The position numbers and the translations under genes are program-made. A model generated the notes under the pieces. The model saw only the letters and a program-made list of their open reading frames with translations, did not search any database and was not told where the DNA came from. A stretch of DNA of 64,000 nt. It comes from Candidatus Poriferihabitaceae bacterium (GTDB taxonomy: Bacteria; Pseudomonadota; Gammaproteobacteria; Arenicellales; Poriferihabitantaceae). The stretch covers positions 273,506-337,505 of the forward strand of contig CBDEFQ010000006.1 in the NCBI GenBank assembly GCA_965237485.1, in the 5' to 3' direction. Positions 1-11,097 of the stretch are shown piece after piece. Position 1 is the first letter of the stretch, and every line of letters starts with the position of its first letter.

Positions 1-970
1 CTCAATCTGCGTATCCCAAAGACCGCTAAACACGTCGATGAACCTTTTTACCCTCAATCGCTAGAACGCGGCTTACGCAGCCAACGTGCGATGATGCTGA
101 CCGTTGCTGAAATGTACGTGACGGGCGTTAGCACGCGCCGAGTCGAAAAAGTCATGCAGAGCATGGGTATTGAAAGCATCTCCTCTACACCGGTCTCACG
201 GGCTAACCAGAGCATGGATGAGGCGTTAAAAGTCTGGCGTGATCGTCCGTTGGGTAAAGTCTCTTACCTAATCCTTGATGCGCGTTATGAAAAGGTGCGT
301 GAGGGCCACCAAGTGATTGATATGGCGGTGTTGAGTGCGGTTGGGTGTATTGCCTTGTGGACGGCGTTGCGTATTAGGAACGGCAATGGTGCTTAATGAA
401 GCCGAGGTTAACTGGCGAGAGTTCCTCAAAGGCTTGGTTGACCGGGGCATACATGGTATTGAGTTTATTGTCAGTGATGATCACAGTGGCTTAAAAGCCG
501 CTAGAAAGGCAGTGTTCCCAGGTATACCTTGGCAGCGTTGCCAGTTTCATCTGGCGCAGAATGCAATGCATCATGCCCCCAATCACAAGATCAAGCAACG
601 CATTAGTGGTGAGCTGCGTAGTGTTTGGAATGCACCCAATATGGCAGCTGCTCAGGTTAATCTAAAAGTCCTTGTGAGCCAGTACCAGGAAAAGCATGCT
701 CACTTGGCGCAGTGGCTAGAAAACAATGTGCCTGAAGGGTTAAATGTGTTTGCCTTGCCAGATAGACACCAAAAGAAAATGCGAAGCTCCAACCGCATTG
801 AACGGACGGTTCAACAAGAACTTAAGCGGCGAACCCGCTTGGTCAGAGTCTTTCCTAACCGAGAGGCTTGGTTACGATTAGTCAGTGCCATTCTGATTGA
901 AATTGACGACGAATGGGCTAATGCTAATCATCAATATATCGTGTGGAACGACAATGAGTCAACTTGCTAG
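1..970 (+). pseudogene. IS256-family (Mutator-type) transposase, frameshifted
   Basis: The ORFs 91-396 and 335-970 are two frames of one gene. Relative to copy 2 (GCGGTGGGTG), copy 1 reads GCGGTTGGGTG, an extra T at 341/342. The reading frame is already open at base 1 (LNLRIPKTAKHVDEPFYPQSLERG). Confidence 0.85.
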
Positions 971-1001
971 ACAAAAAGTCCATACCCAATGTTGCGTAAT
1001 C
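1..1001 (+). mobile_element. IS256-family insertion sequence, copy 1 (5' part runs off the window start)
   Basis: About 98% identical at protein level to the copy at 36272-40812. The shared sequence ends at ...CCAATGTTGCGTAATC (1001), after which the two copies diverge. Confidence 0.85.
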
Positions 1002-1226
1002 TCGAGGGAAAGTATATTGAGTCAGATTTTTTGATAGAATGAGGCGAATAGTTGTTCTATTCAACGAATTAGATCGGGAAATCTGGACAAAATGGCTTTT
1101 CCGCAGTAGATGTATCCTAACTCCGACAGACTCCTAGGGGAGAAATAAGCGGGTTTCCCAATTGTCATATTTTGTGGTGTCCTCTAAGATACTCGATCTC
1201 AATATAATGATCACTGAGGCTTTACA

Positions 1227-1559
1227 ATGATTCCAATGGGCACAATTGTTACTGTGACGATGTTTGCCGGCATAGCAACCGCCATGCTGCACACTAAATT
1301 TCTCCCCGCGGCAAACAAAGCTGTAGGGTTTTTATTGCTAGCAGCGGGGTTATGGAATGTGTTTTGGTATGGCCTACAACATATGGGGCAGTTCTGGGGT
1401 ATCGCAGCTTTGGTTTCGGGGCTGCTGATGGTAATTACTTCGATGCATATTTTAGCTAGCAGTAAGCTACCCACCATCGTGGTTAAGCTTAAACCGATTG
1501 TGTTGGTATTATTACTGGGCTGCGCGCTTAAGTATGCGGTGACCATAGTTAGCTTATAA
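1227..1559 (+). CDS. small hydrophobic membrane protein, function unknown
   Basis: The 110-aa ORF has 3-4 predicted TM-like hydrophobic stretches. It is preferred over the antisense 136-aa ORF, which looks like a shadow frame. Confidence 0.45.
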   Translation: MIPMGTIVTVTMFAGIATAMLHTKFLPAANKAVGFLLLAAGLWNVFWYGLQHMGQFWGIAALVSGLLMVITSMHILASSKLPTIVVKLKPIVLVLLLGCALKYAVTIVSL

Positions 1560-1589
1560 GTGCAGCGAGGTAGTTCAATTTCCAGCTTT

Positions 1590-2906
1590 TTAGGCGAAGC
1601 TCCCTTGCAAATCGTGATCATCAGCGTCTTCGACTAATACCTTCACGAAATCTCCTGCTTGCACTTGGCTGGTATCACCGAAGATATGCACTTGGCCATC
1701 AATTTCTGGGGCATCAGCTTTGCTGCGGCCGATGGCGCCATCTTCTCCAACGTGGTCTATCAATACCTCTAGCGTTTTGCCTATTTTGGCTGCGAGCTTG
1801 TTTGCTGAAATTACCGCTTGGTGCTGCATAAATTGCGCCAAACGCGCTTGCTTTATTTCTTCGTCCACTGCGCCGGGCAGCTCGTTGGCTTTGGCTCCTT
1901 CAACCGCTGAATAAGCAAAACAGCCGACTCTATCTAGCTGCGCTTCGTCGATGAACTCTAGTAAGGTGTTGAAGTCCGCTTCGGTCTCTCCGGGAAAGCC
2001 CACTATGAATGTGCTGCGTAAGGTGATGTCAGGGCAATCTTGGCGCCATTGCTTTACGCGGTGCAATACTTTTTCAGCGTGAGCGGGGCGACGCATGTTT
2101 TTTAGTATGCGCGGGCTTGCGTGCTGAAACGGGATATCCAGATACGGCAAGATTCGGTTTTCTGCCATCAGCGGGATCAGCTTGTCGACATGCGGATAAG
2201 GGTAGATATAGTGCATCCTTACCCAGGCATCTAGCTCGCCCAAGGCATTAGCGAGATCGGTAATGTGTGATCGCACTAATTTACCGCCGTGTATTTCAGG
2301 CTTGTACTTCACATCAACACCATAGGCACTAGTGTCTTGTGAAACCACTAATAATTCTTTAACGCCTGCTTCTACTAGTGCTTGTGCTTCGTCCAAAACT
2401 TGGTTAATCGGGCGGCTGACTAAATCGCCCCGTAGGCTGGGGATGATGCAAAAACTACAGCGGTGATTGCAGCCTTCTGAAATTTTTAAATAAGCATAGT
2501 GTCTTGGCGTGAGTTTGATTCCGCCTGGTGGTAACAAATCAACAAATGGGTCGTGTTTAGGCGGCAGCACTTGGTGCACGGCTTTCATCACCGCGTCTTT
2601 GGAGTGCGGACCGGTAACCGCCAGCAAATCTGGAAAGTGATCCTCCACGACGCTACCTTTTGCCCCTAAGCAGCCAGTTACAATAACTTTACCGTTTTCA
2701 TTTAAGGCTTCTTGGATGGTCTGCATCGACTCCTCAACGGCGTCATCAATAAACCCGCAAGTATTGACGATGACGATGTCAGAACTGGCGTATTGGTTAT
2801 TGATTGCGTAACCTTCAGACTTAAGCTCAGTGATTATTTGCTCTGAATCAACTAAGGCCTTAGGGCAACCCAGACTAATAAAACCAACAGATGGTATTGA
2901 GAGCAT
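1590..2906 (-). CDS. rimO: ribosomal protein S12 methylthiotransferase RimO
   Basis: 438 aa. N-terminal MTTase domain ([15 protein letters not shown]), radical-SAM CxxxCxxC motif (CNHRCSFC) and a C-terminal TRAM-like region. Confidence 0.92.
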   Translation of the reverse strand: MLSIPSVGFISLGCPKALVDSEQIITELKSEGYAINNQYASSDIVIVNTCGFIDDAVEESMQTIQEALNENGKVIVTGCLGAKGSVVEDHFPDLLAVTGPHSKDAVMKAVHQVLPPKHDPFVDLLPPGGIKLTPRHYAYLKISEGCNHRCSFCIIPSLRGDLVSRPINQVLDEAQALVEAGVKELLVVSQDTSAYGVDVKYKPEIHGGKLVRSHITDLANALGELDAWVRMHYIYPYPHVDKLIPLMAENRILPYLDIPFQHASPRILKNMRRPAHAEKVLHRVKQWRQDCPDITLRSTFIVGFPGETEADFNTLLEFIDEAQLDRVGCFAYSAVEGAKANELPGAVDEEIKQARLAQFMQHQAVISANKLAAKIGKTLEVLIDHVGEDGAIGRSKADAPEIDGQVHIFGDTSQVQAGDFVKVLVEDADDHDLQGSFA

Positions 2907-2913
2907 AAGTAAA

Positions 2914-3747
2914 TTAACTATATGATACGGCTAGTTGCATGCGATGCACAACCAGGCTCGCTAACTCTTCAATCGACATGGCCGTGGAGTCAGCAAAAGG
3001 AATGCGGTACTTTTTGAAAAAAGCATGAGCTTGGCGCACTTCGTTTTGGCATTGTCCGAGTTTTGAATACTGGCTGTTCGGTCTACGGGCTTCACGTATT
3101 TTGTGTAACTGTATTGGGTCAATCACTAAACCAAAAATTCTTTGCTTTGCCTCAACTAAGGGCTCAGGTAACATGCCTTTTTCGAAATCATCATCAGCAA
3201 TGGGGTAATTGGCGGTCTTGAGTCCATAATGCAAGGCCATATACAAGCTTGTGGGTGTTTTGCCTGCGCGCGATACACCGACTAATATTAAATCTGCCTG
3301 CGTATATCCTTCCATGCGCACGCCATCATCATATTTCATTGAAAAGTTAATTGCGTCGATACGATGCATATAGCCTCCCCCTTCATTGATACCGTGCGAC
3401 AGCCCGGTGACATGCGAGGAATCAGATTTTAGCAAAGCTTCCATCGATGGGATAAATGGCTCAAATAAATCCAGCACTACTGCGTTAGATTGCTCAATGT
3501 GTTCCTTAAATTTAAGGTTGGTAAACGATACAAATACCAAAGGACGAACACCACTTGTCTGATACGAATGATTAATTTGTTTTATGCAGCCTTTCACCTT
3601 ATCATCCGCGTCCACGAAGGGGATGGTATGGCGTTCAAAGTTGATCGTAGGGAACTGCGATAATAGTGTATTGCCCATTGTTCCAGCTGTGATGCCGGTC
3701 CCATCCGATATAATATACACTGGCCGCGTGGCCGCTTTATTAGACAT
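2914..3747 (-). CDS. ppsR: PEP synthase regulatory protein (kinase/pyrophosphorylase) PpsR
   Basis: 277 aa with the DUF299 pattern ([22 protein letters not shown]). It is divergent from ppsA, as in other gammaproteobacteria. Confidence 0.9.
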   Translation of the reverse strand: MSNKAATRPVYIISDGTGITAGTMGNTLLSQFPTINFERHTIPFVDADDKVKGCIKQINHSYQTSGVRPLVFVSFTNLKFKEHIEQSNAVVLDLFEPFIPSMEALLKSDSSHVTGLSHGINEGGGYMHRIDAINFSMKYDDGVRMEGYTQADLILVGVSRAGKTPTSLYMALHYGLKTANYPIADDDFEKGMLPEPLVEAKQRIFGLVIDPIQLHKIREARRPNSQYSKLGQCQNEVRQAHAFFKKYRIPFADSTAMSIEELASLVVHRMQLAVSYS

Positions 3748-3770
3748 AAATTCTCAATTTGGAGCAAAAA

Positions 3771-6137
3771 GTGAGCAACTTAATTCGTTGGTTTTCTGAT
3801 TTAGGTATGAACGATGTTCCGCTAGTGGGAGGCAAGAATGCGTCCCTCGGCGAGATGATCTCGAATTTATCACTTATGGGCATAAAAGTCCCGAATGGCT
3901 TTGCTACAACGGCAGAGGCGTATCGCTTATTTTTAAGCCATAAAGAGCTGGATAAACGCATTAATGAAATGCTTGATGCGCTGGATGTAGAAGATGTAAC
4001 TGCATTAGCAAAAGTTGGTGCGCAAATCCGCGATATGGTGTTGAGTGCGCCATTGCCACCAGAATTAGGCGAGCAAATTAAAGCTGCCTATGACCAGCTC
4101 AACCCGCAAGATGCTGGAGAAGTCGCAGTGCGCTCCTCTGCTACTGCTGAGGATTTACCAGAGGCTTCATTTGCAGGCCAACAAGAGACTTTCTTAAACG
4201 TTAAAGGTATTGATCATGTTTTGGCTGCCACCAAAGAGGTGTTTGCTTCCTTATTTAACGACCGAGCAATTTCTTATCGCGTACATCAAGGCTTTGATCA
4301 TGCTGACGTGGCATTGTCCGCGGGGGTGCAGAAAATGGTGCGCTCTGATTGCGGCTCTAGCGGCGTGATGTTCACCATCGATACTGAATCAGGCTTTCAA
4401 GATTCTGTTTTTATCACCTCATCATGGGGCTTGGGTGAATGCGTGGTGCAAGGCTCAGTAAACCCGGACGAGTTTTATGTATATAAGCCTGCACTTGCAG
4501 CGAATAAGCCCGCTATCTTGCGCCGTAATCGTGGCTCTAAGTTGATAAAAATGGTCTATAGCGACCAAGCTGCACATGATAAAACGGTTTCTACTACTGC
4601 AGTTGATGAGACAAAGCAGCTTAAATTCTCAATCTCAGATGATGAAGTAAATCAGTTGGCTACTATGGCCGTCACAATCGAAAAGCATTATGGGCGGCCG
4701 ATGGATATCGAGTGGGGTAAGGATGGCCTGACGGGAGAGCTACTCATTCTGCAAGCCAGGCCAGAAACCGTTGAGAGTCGTTCTAATAAACAAGTTCTCG
4801 AGCGCTATAAATTAAATGAAACTAGCCAGCTTTTAGCTACAGGCCGTAGTATCGGTCAGCGCATTGGTTCAGGTGTCGTACGTTTGGTGCCAACAATTGC
4901 GGACCTAGCTAAAGTGCAGCCAGGTGATGTGCTGGTAACAGATATGACCGACCCCGATTGGGAACCAGTGATGAAACGCGCAGCGGCTATTGTCACCAAC
5001 CGTGGTGGACGAACTTGTCACGCCGCAATTATTGCGCGTGAGCTGGGTGTGCCCGCGGTAGTCGGTTGTGGTAATGCGACTCAAACTATTGAAGACGAAG
5101 CGGAAGTGACGGTGTCTTGTGCTGAGGGGGATACAGGTAACATCTACGATGGCTTACTGGATTTTGAGTTACAAACCGTTCAGTTGGATGGCTTACCAGA
5201 ATTGCCATTTAAAATAATGATGAACGTGGGCAACCCAGAGCGCGCATTTTCGTTTTCCAAATTGCCTAATGCAGGGGTTGGTTTGGCGCGACTCGAATTT
5301 ATTATCAACAACGGCATTGGCATTCATCCTAAGGCGTTGCTCGATTACGACAATATGCCAGATAACGTTAAGAGCCATATTGATGTGGCAATGGCTGGCT
5401 ACTCTGATCCAACCAATTTCTATGTTGGCAAGTTGATTGAAGGCGTTAGTTCCTTAGGTGCTGCATTTGCGCCCGATCCAGTTATCGTAAGATTGTCCGA
5501 TTTTAAATCCAACGAATACGCAAATATGGTTGGCGGTGAGTTGTTCGAGCCAGTTGAAGAAAACCCGATGATCGGATTTCGCGGTGCTTCGCGATATATT
5601 GATAAATCGTTCCGCCCCTGCTTTGAGTTAGAGTGTCGCGCCATAAAGTACGTGCGCGATGAAATGGGCATGACCAATATTCAAGTAATGGTGCCCTTCG
5701 TGCGTACACTAGAAGAGGCTGAACAAGTAACTGGGCTGTTGGCTGAAAATGGTTTAGGGCGTGGTGAAAATGATCTAAAGGTAATCATGATGTGCGAAGT
5801 GCCATCCAATGCGGTATTAGCAGACCGATTCCTAGAATTTTTCGATGGCATGTCAATTGGCTCAAACGACTTGACCCAGTTAAGTTTAGGTTTAGACAGA
5901 GACTCAGCCGTCATTGCCCATTTATTTAATGAGCGCGACCCCGCTGTCAAAGCGCTGATCAGCACTGCGATACAAGCCTGCAAGAGCCAAGGAAAATACA
6001 TCGGTATCTGCGGTCAGGGTCCATCGGATTACCCAGACTTTGCGCAATGGCTGATGGAGGAAGGTATTGACAGCGTCTCCCTCAACCCAGATACAGTAGT
6101 GGAAACCTGGTTATATTTAGCCAACAAAAAAGCTTAA
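3771..6137 (+). CDS. ppsA: phosphoenolpyruvate synthase
   Basis: The ORF is open from 3759 (TTG). GTG at 3771 is preferred because GGAG lies 6 nt upstream. Motifs: [19 protein letters not shown], the phosphohistidine region [15 protein letters not shown], and a C-terminal PEP-utilising domain. Confidence 0.93.
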   Translation: MSNLIRWFSDLGMNDVPLVGGKNASLGEMISNLSLMGIKVPNGFATTAEAYRLFLSHKELDKRINEMLDALDVEDVTALAKVGAQIRDMVLSAPLPPELGEQIKAAYDQLNPQDAGEVAVRSSATAEDLPEASFAGQQETFLNVKGIDHVLAATKEVFASLFNDRAISYRVHQGFDHADVALSAGVQKMVRSDCGSSGVMFTIDTESGFQDSVFITSSWGLGECVVQGSVNPDEFYVYKPALAANKPAILRRNRGSKLIKMVYSDQAAHDKTVSTTAVDETKQLKFSISDDEVNQLATMAVTIEKHYGRPMDIEWGKDGLTGELLILQARPETVESRSNKQVLERYKLNETSQLLATGRSIGQRIGSGVVRLVPTIADLAKVQPGDVLVTDMTDPDWEPVMKRAAAIVTNRGGRTCHAAIIARELGVPAVVGCGNATQTIEDEAEVTVSCAEGDTGNIYDGLLDFELQTVQLDGLPELPFKIMMNVGNPERAFSFSKLPNAGVGLARLEFIINNGIGIHPKALLDYDNMPDNVKSHIDVAMAGYSDPTNFYVGKLIEGVSSLGAAFAPDPVIVRLSDFKSNEYANMVGGELFEPVEENPMIGFRGASRYIDKSFRPCFELECRAIKYVRDEMGMTNIQVMVPFVRTLEEAEQVTGLLAENGLGRGENDLKVIMMCEVPSNAVLADRFLEFFDGMSIGSNDLTQLSLGLDRDSAVIAHLFNERDPAVKALISTAIQACKSQGKYIGICGQGPSDYPDFAQWLMEEGIDSVSLNPDTVVETWLYLANKKA

Positions 6138-6420
6138 GCATATGCAACTAAGCCAGAATGTGTTTGTAAGCCGTTTTTTGGGGTTCCACTCGGCCAACAG
6201 GCCATTCCAACCACAATACAAAGCCCACGCCTTAATCTAGACATAATGATTTGACCTGCCCATCACAATAGACGCGGATTATGTTGAAATGGGCGAATAT
6301 TCTTATCCTCTAAGTAGTCCATCACTAAATTGTTCGGCTGCACCGACCAAGCTCGAACACCGCGTTAAGACTGCCTGCAAGATATGACACAATTAATTTA
6401 CTTATTATTTTCGATTTATT

Positions 6421-6559
6421 GAGACCGCAGCATAACGTCGCGAGCGAAGATAAGACAAGGCAAAAAGGGGCGAAAAAGCGCAGTTTATAACTATAAATGA
6501 GCATTTTGAGCCCCTTTTTAACGCCGTATTATCGAGCACAGTAGTTATGCTGCAGTCTC
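6421..6559. mobile_element. 139-bp MITE (family 2), copy A
   Basis: Terminal inverted repeats GAGACCGCAGCATAAC / GTTATGCTGCAGTCTC. It is flanked by the direct repeat TTATT (6416-6420 and 6560-6564). About 92% identical, in inverse orientation, to 41475-41614. The interior forms a long imperfect hairpin. Confidence 0.8.
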
Positions 6560-6734
6560 TTATTTGCATTTATTGTTTCAGTTCGCTAGTTAAAACTATA
6601 CACCTTAGTGCAAGGCTTTAGCTGCTACACAGATAGGTTAGTCTGTTCAGATGAACGATCAGAGCAGCAGCTATACGGTAAGCAGTTAACAGCTCACATA
6701 GTTTGGGTAACGAAATAGCTTCATTGCGCACGTT

Positions 6735-6765
6735 AAAAAGCTGCCACATCAGGCAGCTTTTTTTT
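6735..6765 (+). terminator. rho-independent terminator-like hairpin
   Basis: AGCTGCC-acatca-GGCAGCT followed by T8. It lies about 600 nt after ppsA and about 80 nt before the transporter start. Confidence 0.6.
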
Positions 6766-6846
6766 GATTTAAGTTCATATCTAGGATGATTAAACCCATG
6801 CTTAGGTGTATATTCTCGCCGCGCTGTTATTGTTTCAATTGCTCAC

Positions 6847-8814
6847 ATGTCTAAGCTAAAACTATCTACTAAGTTGTTGATTAAGAAGAGATTTGCCTCG
6901 CTGTCAATCTTTGTGATGGTGGGGTTGTTGTTGGCGTATGAACAGCCCTCAGTCGAGATTGTGTGGATGACGGGTATCCTGTTGCTGACCATCTATCTTT
7001 TCGCGTTCGAGATTGTAGAGGTTGATGTCGCAGCGGTATGTATTATGGTGGTGTTGGGCTTAACTTCATTGCTGGCGCCAATAATGGGCTTGCAATCAGG
7101 TTTGGTTGATACATCGCAATTATTTGACGGCTTTTCGAGTAATGCGGTGATGTCGATTATTGCGGTGATGATTATCGGTGCAGGCCTAGATCGCACGGGT
7201 TTGATGTCCAAAGTCGCTACGTTTATTTTGCAAATAGGCGGCTCTTCCGAAAAGCGAATCATCCCTATTATTTCCAGCACCGTGGGTTTTATTTCTTCCT
7301 TTATGCAGAATGTCGGTGCTGCGGCACTGTTTATTCCAGTGGTGTCGCGGATATCAGCACGTAGTGGTCTGCCGATGTCTCGCTTACTGATGCCGATGGG
7401 ATTTTGTGCCATTCTAGGGGGCACCATGACGATGATTGGGTCGTCACCGCTAATATTGTTGAACGATTTGATTGCTGCATCAAATAATAATCTGAGTTTT
7501 CAAAATCAGATGCAAATGTGGTCTTTGTTCTCTACCACGCCGATAGGCTTAGCGCTGTTAGCAGCAGGTATTGCCTATTTTGTTATCTGCGGAAAGTTTG
7601 TATTACCCACGGATTCTCAAGCTGCTCAGACCTCGGCGACTTCTTCTTTGCGCTATTTCCACGATGTTTACGGCGTCGATTTTGAGGTTAAGGAGATCGT
7701 TGTAAAAGAAGGCAGCCCGCTTATTGGGAAACACTTAGATGATTGTGAGACTGCCTATAAAGTAAGAGTAATTGCGAACAAGCGCTTAGGTCAAGGTGTC
7801 AATATTGGTGCTGGAGCTTTGGCTCGTGATACTGAAATAACAGCTGGTATGGTAATAGGCGTGGTAGCGGATCCACAAGATTTAGAAAAATTTGTAGATA
7901 AGTATCAAGTTGAGATGCGTAAGGAGTTACGCAGTTTTTCTGAGGCCTTGTCGCCGAGTAAATCAGGTATCGCAGAGGTTGTCATACCACCTGGATCTCA
8001 ACTTATAGGTAAATCGGCGCGTGATGTGTGGTTACGTAAAACCTATGGTATTGCCATGATCGGCCTGCACAGAGACGGGCAAACCTATCGTGAAGGCGGT
8101 GATATACGCAGTATAGAGTTACATGGCGGCGATACGCTTGTTGTTCACACCGCCTGGGAGGCTTTAGCGCGGCTAGAAAAAGACAGGAACTTTGTTGTAG
8201 TCACCACAGAGTTCCCCCACGAAGATCTTAGGCCAAATAAAGTGGGCTGGGCGCTTGGATTTTTTTTGCTCGCGCTTGGTTTGGTTTTATTTACGGATAC
8301 TCGATTGTCGATAGCGCTATTAAGTGGGGCTATAGGGATGGTGTTATCTGGCGTTCTACGCATGGATGAGGCCTATGAGGCCGTATCATGGAAAACTGTT
8401 TTCTTGTTGGCTAGTCTTATTCCTTTGGGTTTAGCGGTTGAACAAACTGGAACGGCTAAGTGGATAGCAGACCAAGCTTTGTTAGTAATTGGCGGCGCAC
8501 CAGTATGGGTGATGCAGTTGGTGGTGGCATTGTTGGCAACCTTCTTCACCTTGGTAATGTCCAATGTAGGTGCAACCGTGTTGTTGGTTCCACTGGCAGT
8601 AAATATCGCGATCGGTATTGGCGCAGATCCAGCTCTATTTGCTTTGACTGTTGCGCTTGCAACGTCGAACTCGTTTTTAATTCCTACGCATCAAGTCAAC
8701 GCGCTCATCATGGGGCCTGGTGGGTACACAGTCTCTGACTTCATTAAAGCCGGCTCGGTGATGACTTTGATTTTCTTAGCGGTAATGATTGCTATGCTAA
8801 ATCTATTGTTCTAA
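6847..8814 (+). CDS. SLC13/DASS-type anion permease with central TrkA-C domains
   Basis: 655 aa. Hydrophobic N- and C-terminal permease halves flank a soluble, duplicated TrkA-C-like region (about aa 270-460). Confidence 0.75.
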   Translation: MSKLKLSTKLLIKKRFASLSIFVMVGLLLAYEQPSVEIVWMTGILLLTIYLFAFEIVEVDVAAVCIMVVLGLTSLLAPIMGLQSGLVDTSQLFDGFSSNAVMSIIAVMIIGAGLDRTGLMSKVATFILQIGGSSEKRIIPIISSTVGFISSFMQNVGAAALFIPVVSRISARSGLPMSRLLMPMGFCAILGGTMTMIGSSPLILLNDLIAASNNNLSFQNQMQMWSLFSTTPIGLALLAAGIAYFVICGKFVLPTDSQAAQTSATSSLRYFHDVYGVDFEVKEIVVKEGSPLIGKHLDDCETAYKVRVIANKRLGQGVNIGAGALARDTEITAGMVIGVVADPQDLEKFVDKYQVEMRKELRSFSEALSPSKSGIAEVVIPPGSQLIGKSARDVWLRKTYGIAMIGLHRDGQTYREGGDIRSIELHGGDTLVVHTAWEALARLEKDRNFVVVTTEFPHEDLRPNKVGWALGFFLLALGLVLFTDTRLSIALLSGAIGMVLSGVLRMDEAYEAVSWKTVFLLASLIPLGLAVEQTGTAKWIADQALLVIGGAPVWVMQLVVALLATFFTLVMSNVGATVLLVPLAVNIAIGIGADPALFALTVALATSNSFLIPTHQVNALIMGPGGYTVSDFIKAGSVMTLIFLAVMIAMLNLLF

Positions 8815-8863
8815 TGTGCTTGATTAAGATTTCGCCGGCGAGTTCACTGCTCTGCTGAGCAAT

Positions 8864-8899
8864 AAAAAAGCCGCTTAACTTTGCAAGTAGGCGGCTTTA
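8864..8899. terminator. bidirectional intrinsic terminator between the transporter and rne
   Basis: AAGCCGC...GCGGCTT stem with an inner stem. An A-run lies upstream (a T-run on the minus strand, so the signal is strongest for rne) and TTTAGATTTT lies downstream. Confidence 0.6.
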
Positions 8900-8913
8900 G
8901 ATTTTCGAGCTTA

Positions 8914-11097
8914 TTACCTCACATTGCCATTGGGTTCTTCGCTAGCAGCGGTGGTTGCTTTGGGTGCTTGTTTTACGTTGCCGACCTGTTCCTGATCCAC
9001 CTTTGGCTTACGCGTGTTTGGTTTTGTGTAAGACCCGCTTCGACGTCGACCACTGGTTGGTTTCTTAGCGTCATTACGGCGTCCGCGGTTGCTACCAGTT
9101 TTGTTGGCTGGGCCTTTTGCTGCTTTATTTCCAGTATCCGTATTAGCAGCTGCTTCATTGGCCTGATTTGCTTCATTATTCTTTGGGTGGTTTTGCGCCG
9201 ATTTTTTCGGCCGCCGGCCACCGCGAGAAATATTGTTATTACGCCCGCGATTATTGCCGGTACTCTTTGCGTCTCTAGAGTCATTACGACGTCGATTATT
9301 CGGGCTTCGGTTTTGCTTAGGTCGTGGTGAACGTTTTGGCTTGCTCTCCTCTTGTTTGGGTGATTCTGGTTCTGCCTTTTCAGCGTTATTGCCGGTAAGT
9401 GCACCCCAAAGGCGTCCGAATAGGCCCGCATCACGCTGCTGTGTGGTTGTGCTTGCACCTGCACCTGCATTAGGTGGTGGTGTGGAAGGGGTCATTTGCT
9501 CAAAACCGATCATCGGCTTTTCTATGTTACCCGGCTTGGCAGAGATCTTTTCTAGTAAGTCTTCTTTTTCTACTTCTGGTTTCAGATAATGACTGCCTTC
9601 TTCTGACATTTCATCAAGTTCACTGCTACGCAGACGCTTAATTTGAAAATGTGGACTTTGGAGCTCAGTAGTAGGGATAACCGTAACACGGGTCGCAAGG
9701 CGTGATTCCAGCTGTGAAAGTTCGCGCCGCTTTTCATTTAGCAAATAGGCAGCGCTATCGACAGGAAGGAATACCTGTAAGGATTCGGTATTTTCTTTTA
9801 ATGCTTCCTCTTCAATTAAGCGGAGTAAATTGAGTGAGTTGGAAACAATACTGCGGATATGCCCAGTACCTTCGCAACGCGGGCAAGTATGGTAGTTTGC
9901 ATCGTCAATAGATGAACGGATACGTTGACGAGACATTTCAAGTAGCCCAAAACGCGAGATTCTTCCCACCTGCACACGTGCTCGGTCATAACTAAGTGAA
10001 TCTTTAAGCCGAGATTCAACTTTACGTTGGTTCTGATTAGAGCCCATATCAATTAAATCAAGTACAACCAACCCACCGATATCGCGGATGCGCAGCTGCC
10101 GGGCAATTTCTTCAACCGCTTCAAGGTTAGTTTGCAGCGCGGTCTCTTCTATGTCTCCCCCTTTGGTAGCGCGCGCCGAATTCACGTCAACCGAAATCAA
10201 AGCTTCGGTATGATCAATGACAATCGAGCCGCCAGAGGGTAGTTGCACGTCTCGTGAAAAAGCAGAGGCAATTTGGCTTTCAATTTGGAAACGCGAATAT
10301 AGTGGAGTAGGATCATCATAGAACTTAATTTTGTTTAAATTCTGTGGCATCACCTGTTGGACAAATCGGTGTGCTCGCTCATAGATTTCCTTGTCGTCGA
10401 TCATGACTTCCTGAACGCTGGCATTTAGGTAGTCACGAATGGCGCGAACAATTAGGTTACTTTCTTGGTAAATAAGTGCTGGCGCCTCACACTTGGTGGC
10501 CGCATCTTCAATCGCCTCCCACAGTTGTAATAGAAAGTCGAAGTCCCACTTGAGTTCCTCCTCCGTTCGGCTTAGCGCTGCGGTGCGAGCAATGATCGCA
10601 TGTTCGGCTGGAATGTTTAGAGTATCTAGTGCCCGCTTTAAGTCGGTTCGCTGTTGACCTTCAACGCGCCTCGAAATGCCGCCCCCTTTAGGGTTGTTGG
10701 GCATCAATACCAAGAAACGCCCTGCTAAGCTGATGAAGGTGGTAAGCGCGGCCCCCTTGTTACTGCGCTCGTCTTTTTCAACCTGAACAATCAGTTCTTG
10801 ACCTTCCTTGACTACATCTTTGATGCTGACCTTAGATAAAGGTGTACTCGATGAGTAGTTTTGGAAGTAGCCACGATAAATTTCTTTGAACGGTAAAAAG
10901 CCATGTCGGTCGGCGCCATAATTGACGAATGCAGCTTCCAAGCTAGGCTCTACTCGGGTGACAATGCACTTGTATATATTGCCTTTTTTCTGTGCTCTAA
11001 CCGCGGATTCTAGGTCTAAATCGATCAGTTTTTGGCCATCGACAATGGCAACACGTAACTCTTCTGCGTGAGTCGCGTTAAATAATATTCTTTTCAT
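8914..11097 (-). CDS. rne: ribonuclease E
   Basis: 727 aa. N-terminal S1/catalytic domain (MKRILFNATHAEELRVAIVDG..., CPRCEGTGHIRS zinc link) followed by an Arg/Asn/Lys-rich low-complexity C-terminal scaffold. Confidence 0.92.
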   Translation of the reverse strand: MKRILFNATHAEELRVAIVDGQKLIDLDLESAVRAQKKGNIYKCIVTRVEPSLEAAFVNYGADRHGFLPFKEIYRGYFQNYSSSTPLSKVSIKDVVKEGQELIVQVEKDERSNKGAALTTFISLAGRFLVLMPNNPKGGGISRRVEGQQRTDLKRALDTLNIPAEHAIIARTAALSRTEEELKWDFDFLLQLWEAIEDAATKCEAPALIYQESNLIVRAIRDYLNASVQEVMIDDKEIYERAHRFVQQVMPQNLNKIKFYDDPTPLYSRFQIESQIASAFSRDVQLPSGGSIVIDHTEALISVDVNSARATKGGDIEETALQTNLEAVEEIARQLRIRDIGGLVVLDLIDMGSNQNQRKVESRLKDSLSYDRARVQVGRISRFGLLEMSRQRIRSSIDDANYHTCPRCEGTGHIRSIVSNSLNLLRLIEEEALKENTESLQVFLPVDSAAYLLNEKRRELSQLESRLATRVTVIPTTELQSPHFQIKRLRSSELDEMSEEGSHYLKPEVEKEDLLEKISAKPGNIEKPMIGFEQMTPSTPPPNAGAGASTTTQQRDAGLFGRLWGALTGNNAEKAEPESPKQEESKPKRSPRPKQNRSPNNRRRNDSRDAKSTGNNRGRNNNISRGGRRPKKSAQNHPKNNEANQANEAAANTDTGNKAAKGPANKTGSNRGRRNDAKKPTSGRRRSGSYTKPNTRKPKVDQEQVGNVKQAPKATTAASEEPNGNVR

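Noticed and set aside
1211-1621. 136-aa minus-strand ORF overlapping the 110-aa plus-strand ORF and the rimO 3' end
   Set aside because: It is antisense to a more protein-like hydrophobic ORF and overlaps rimO, so it is probably a shadow frame. Neither small ORF is strongly supported.
8881-9589. ORFs 8881-9330 (+), 8973-9470 (-) and 9233-9589 (+)
   Set aside because: They are shadow frames within the low-complexity, Arg-rich C-terminal region of rne.
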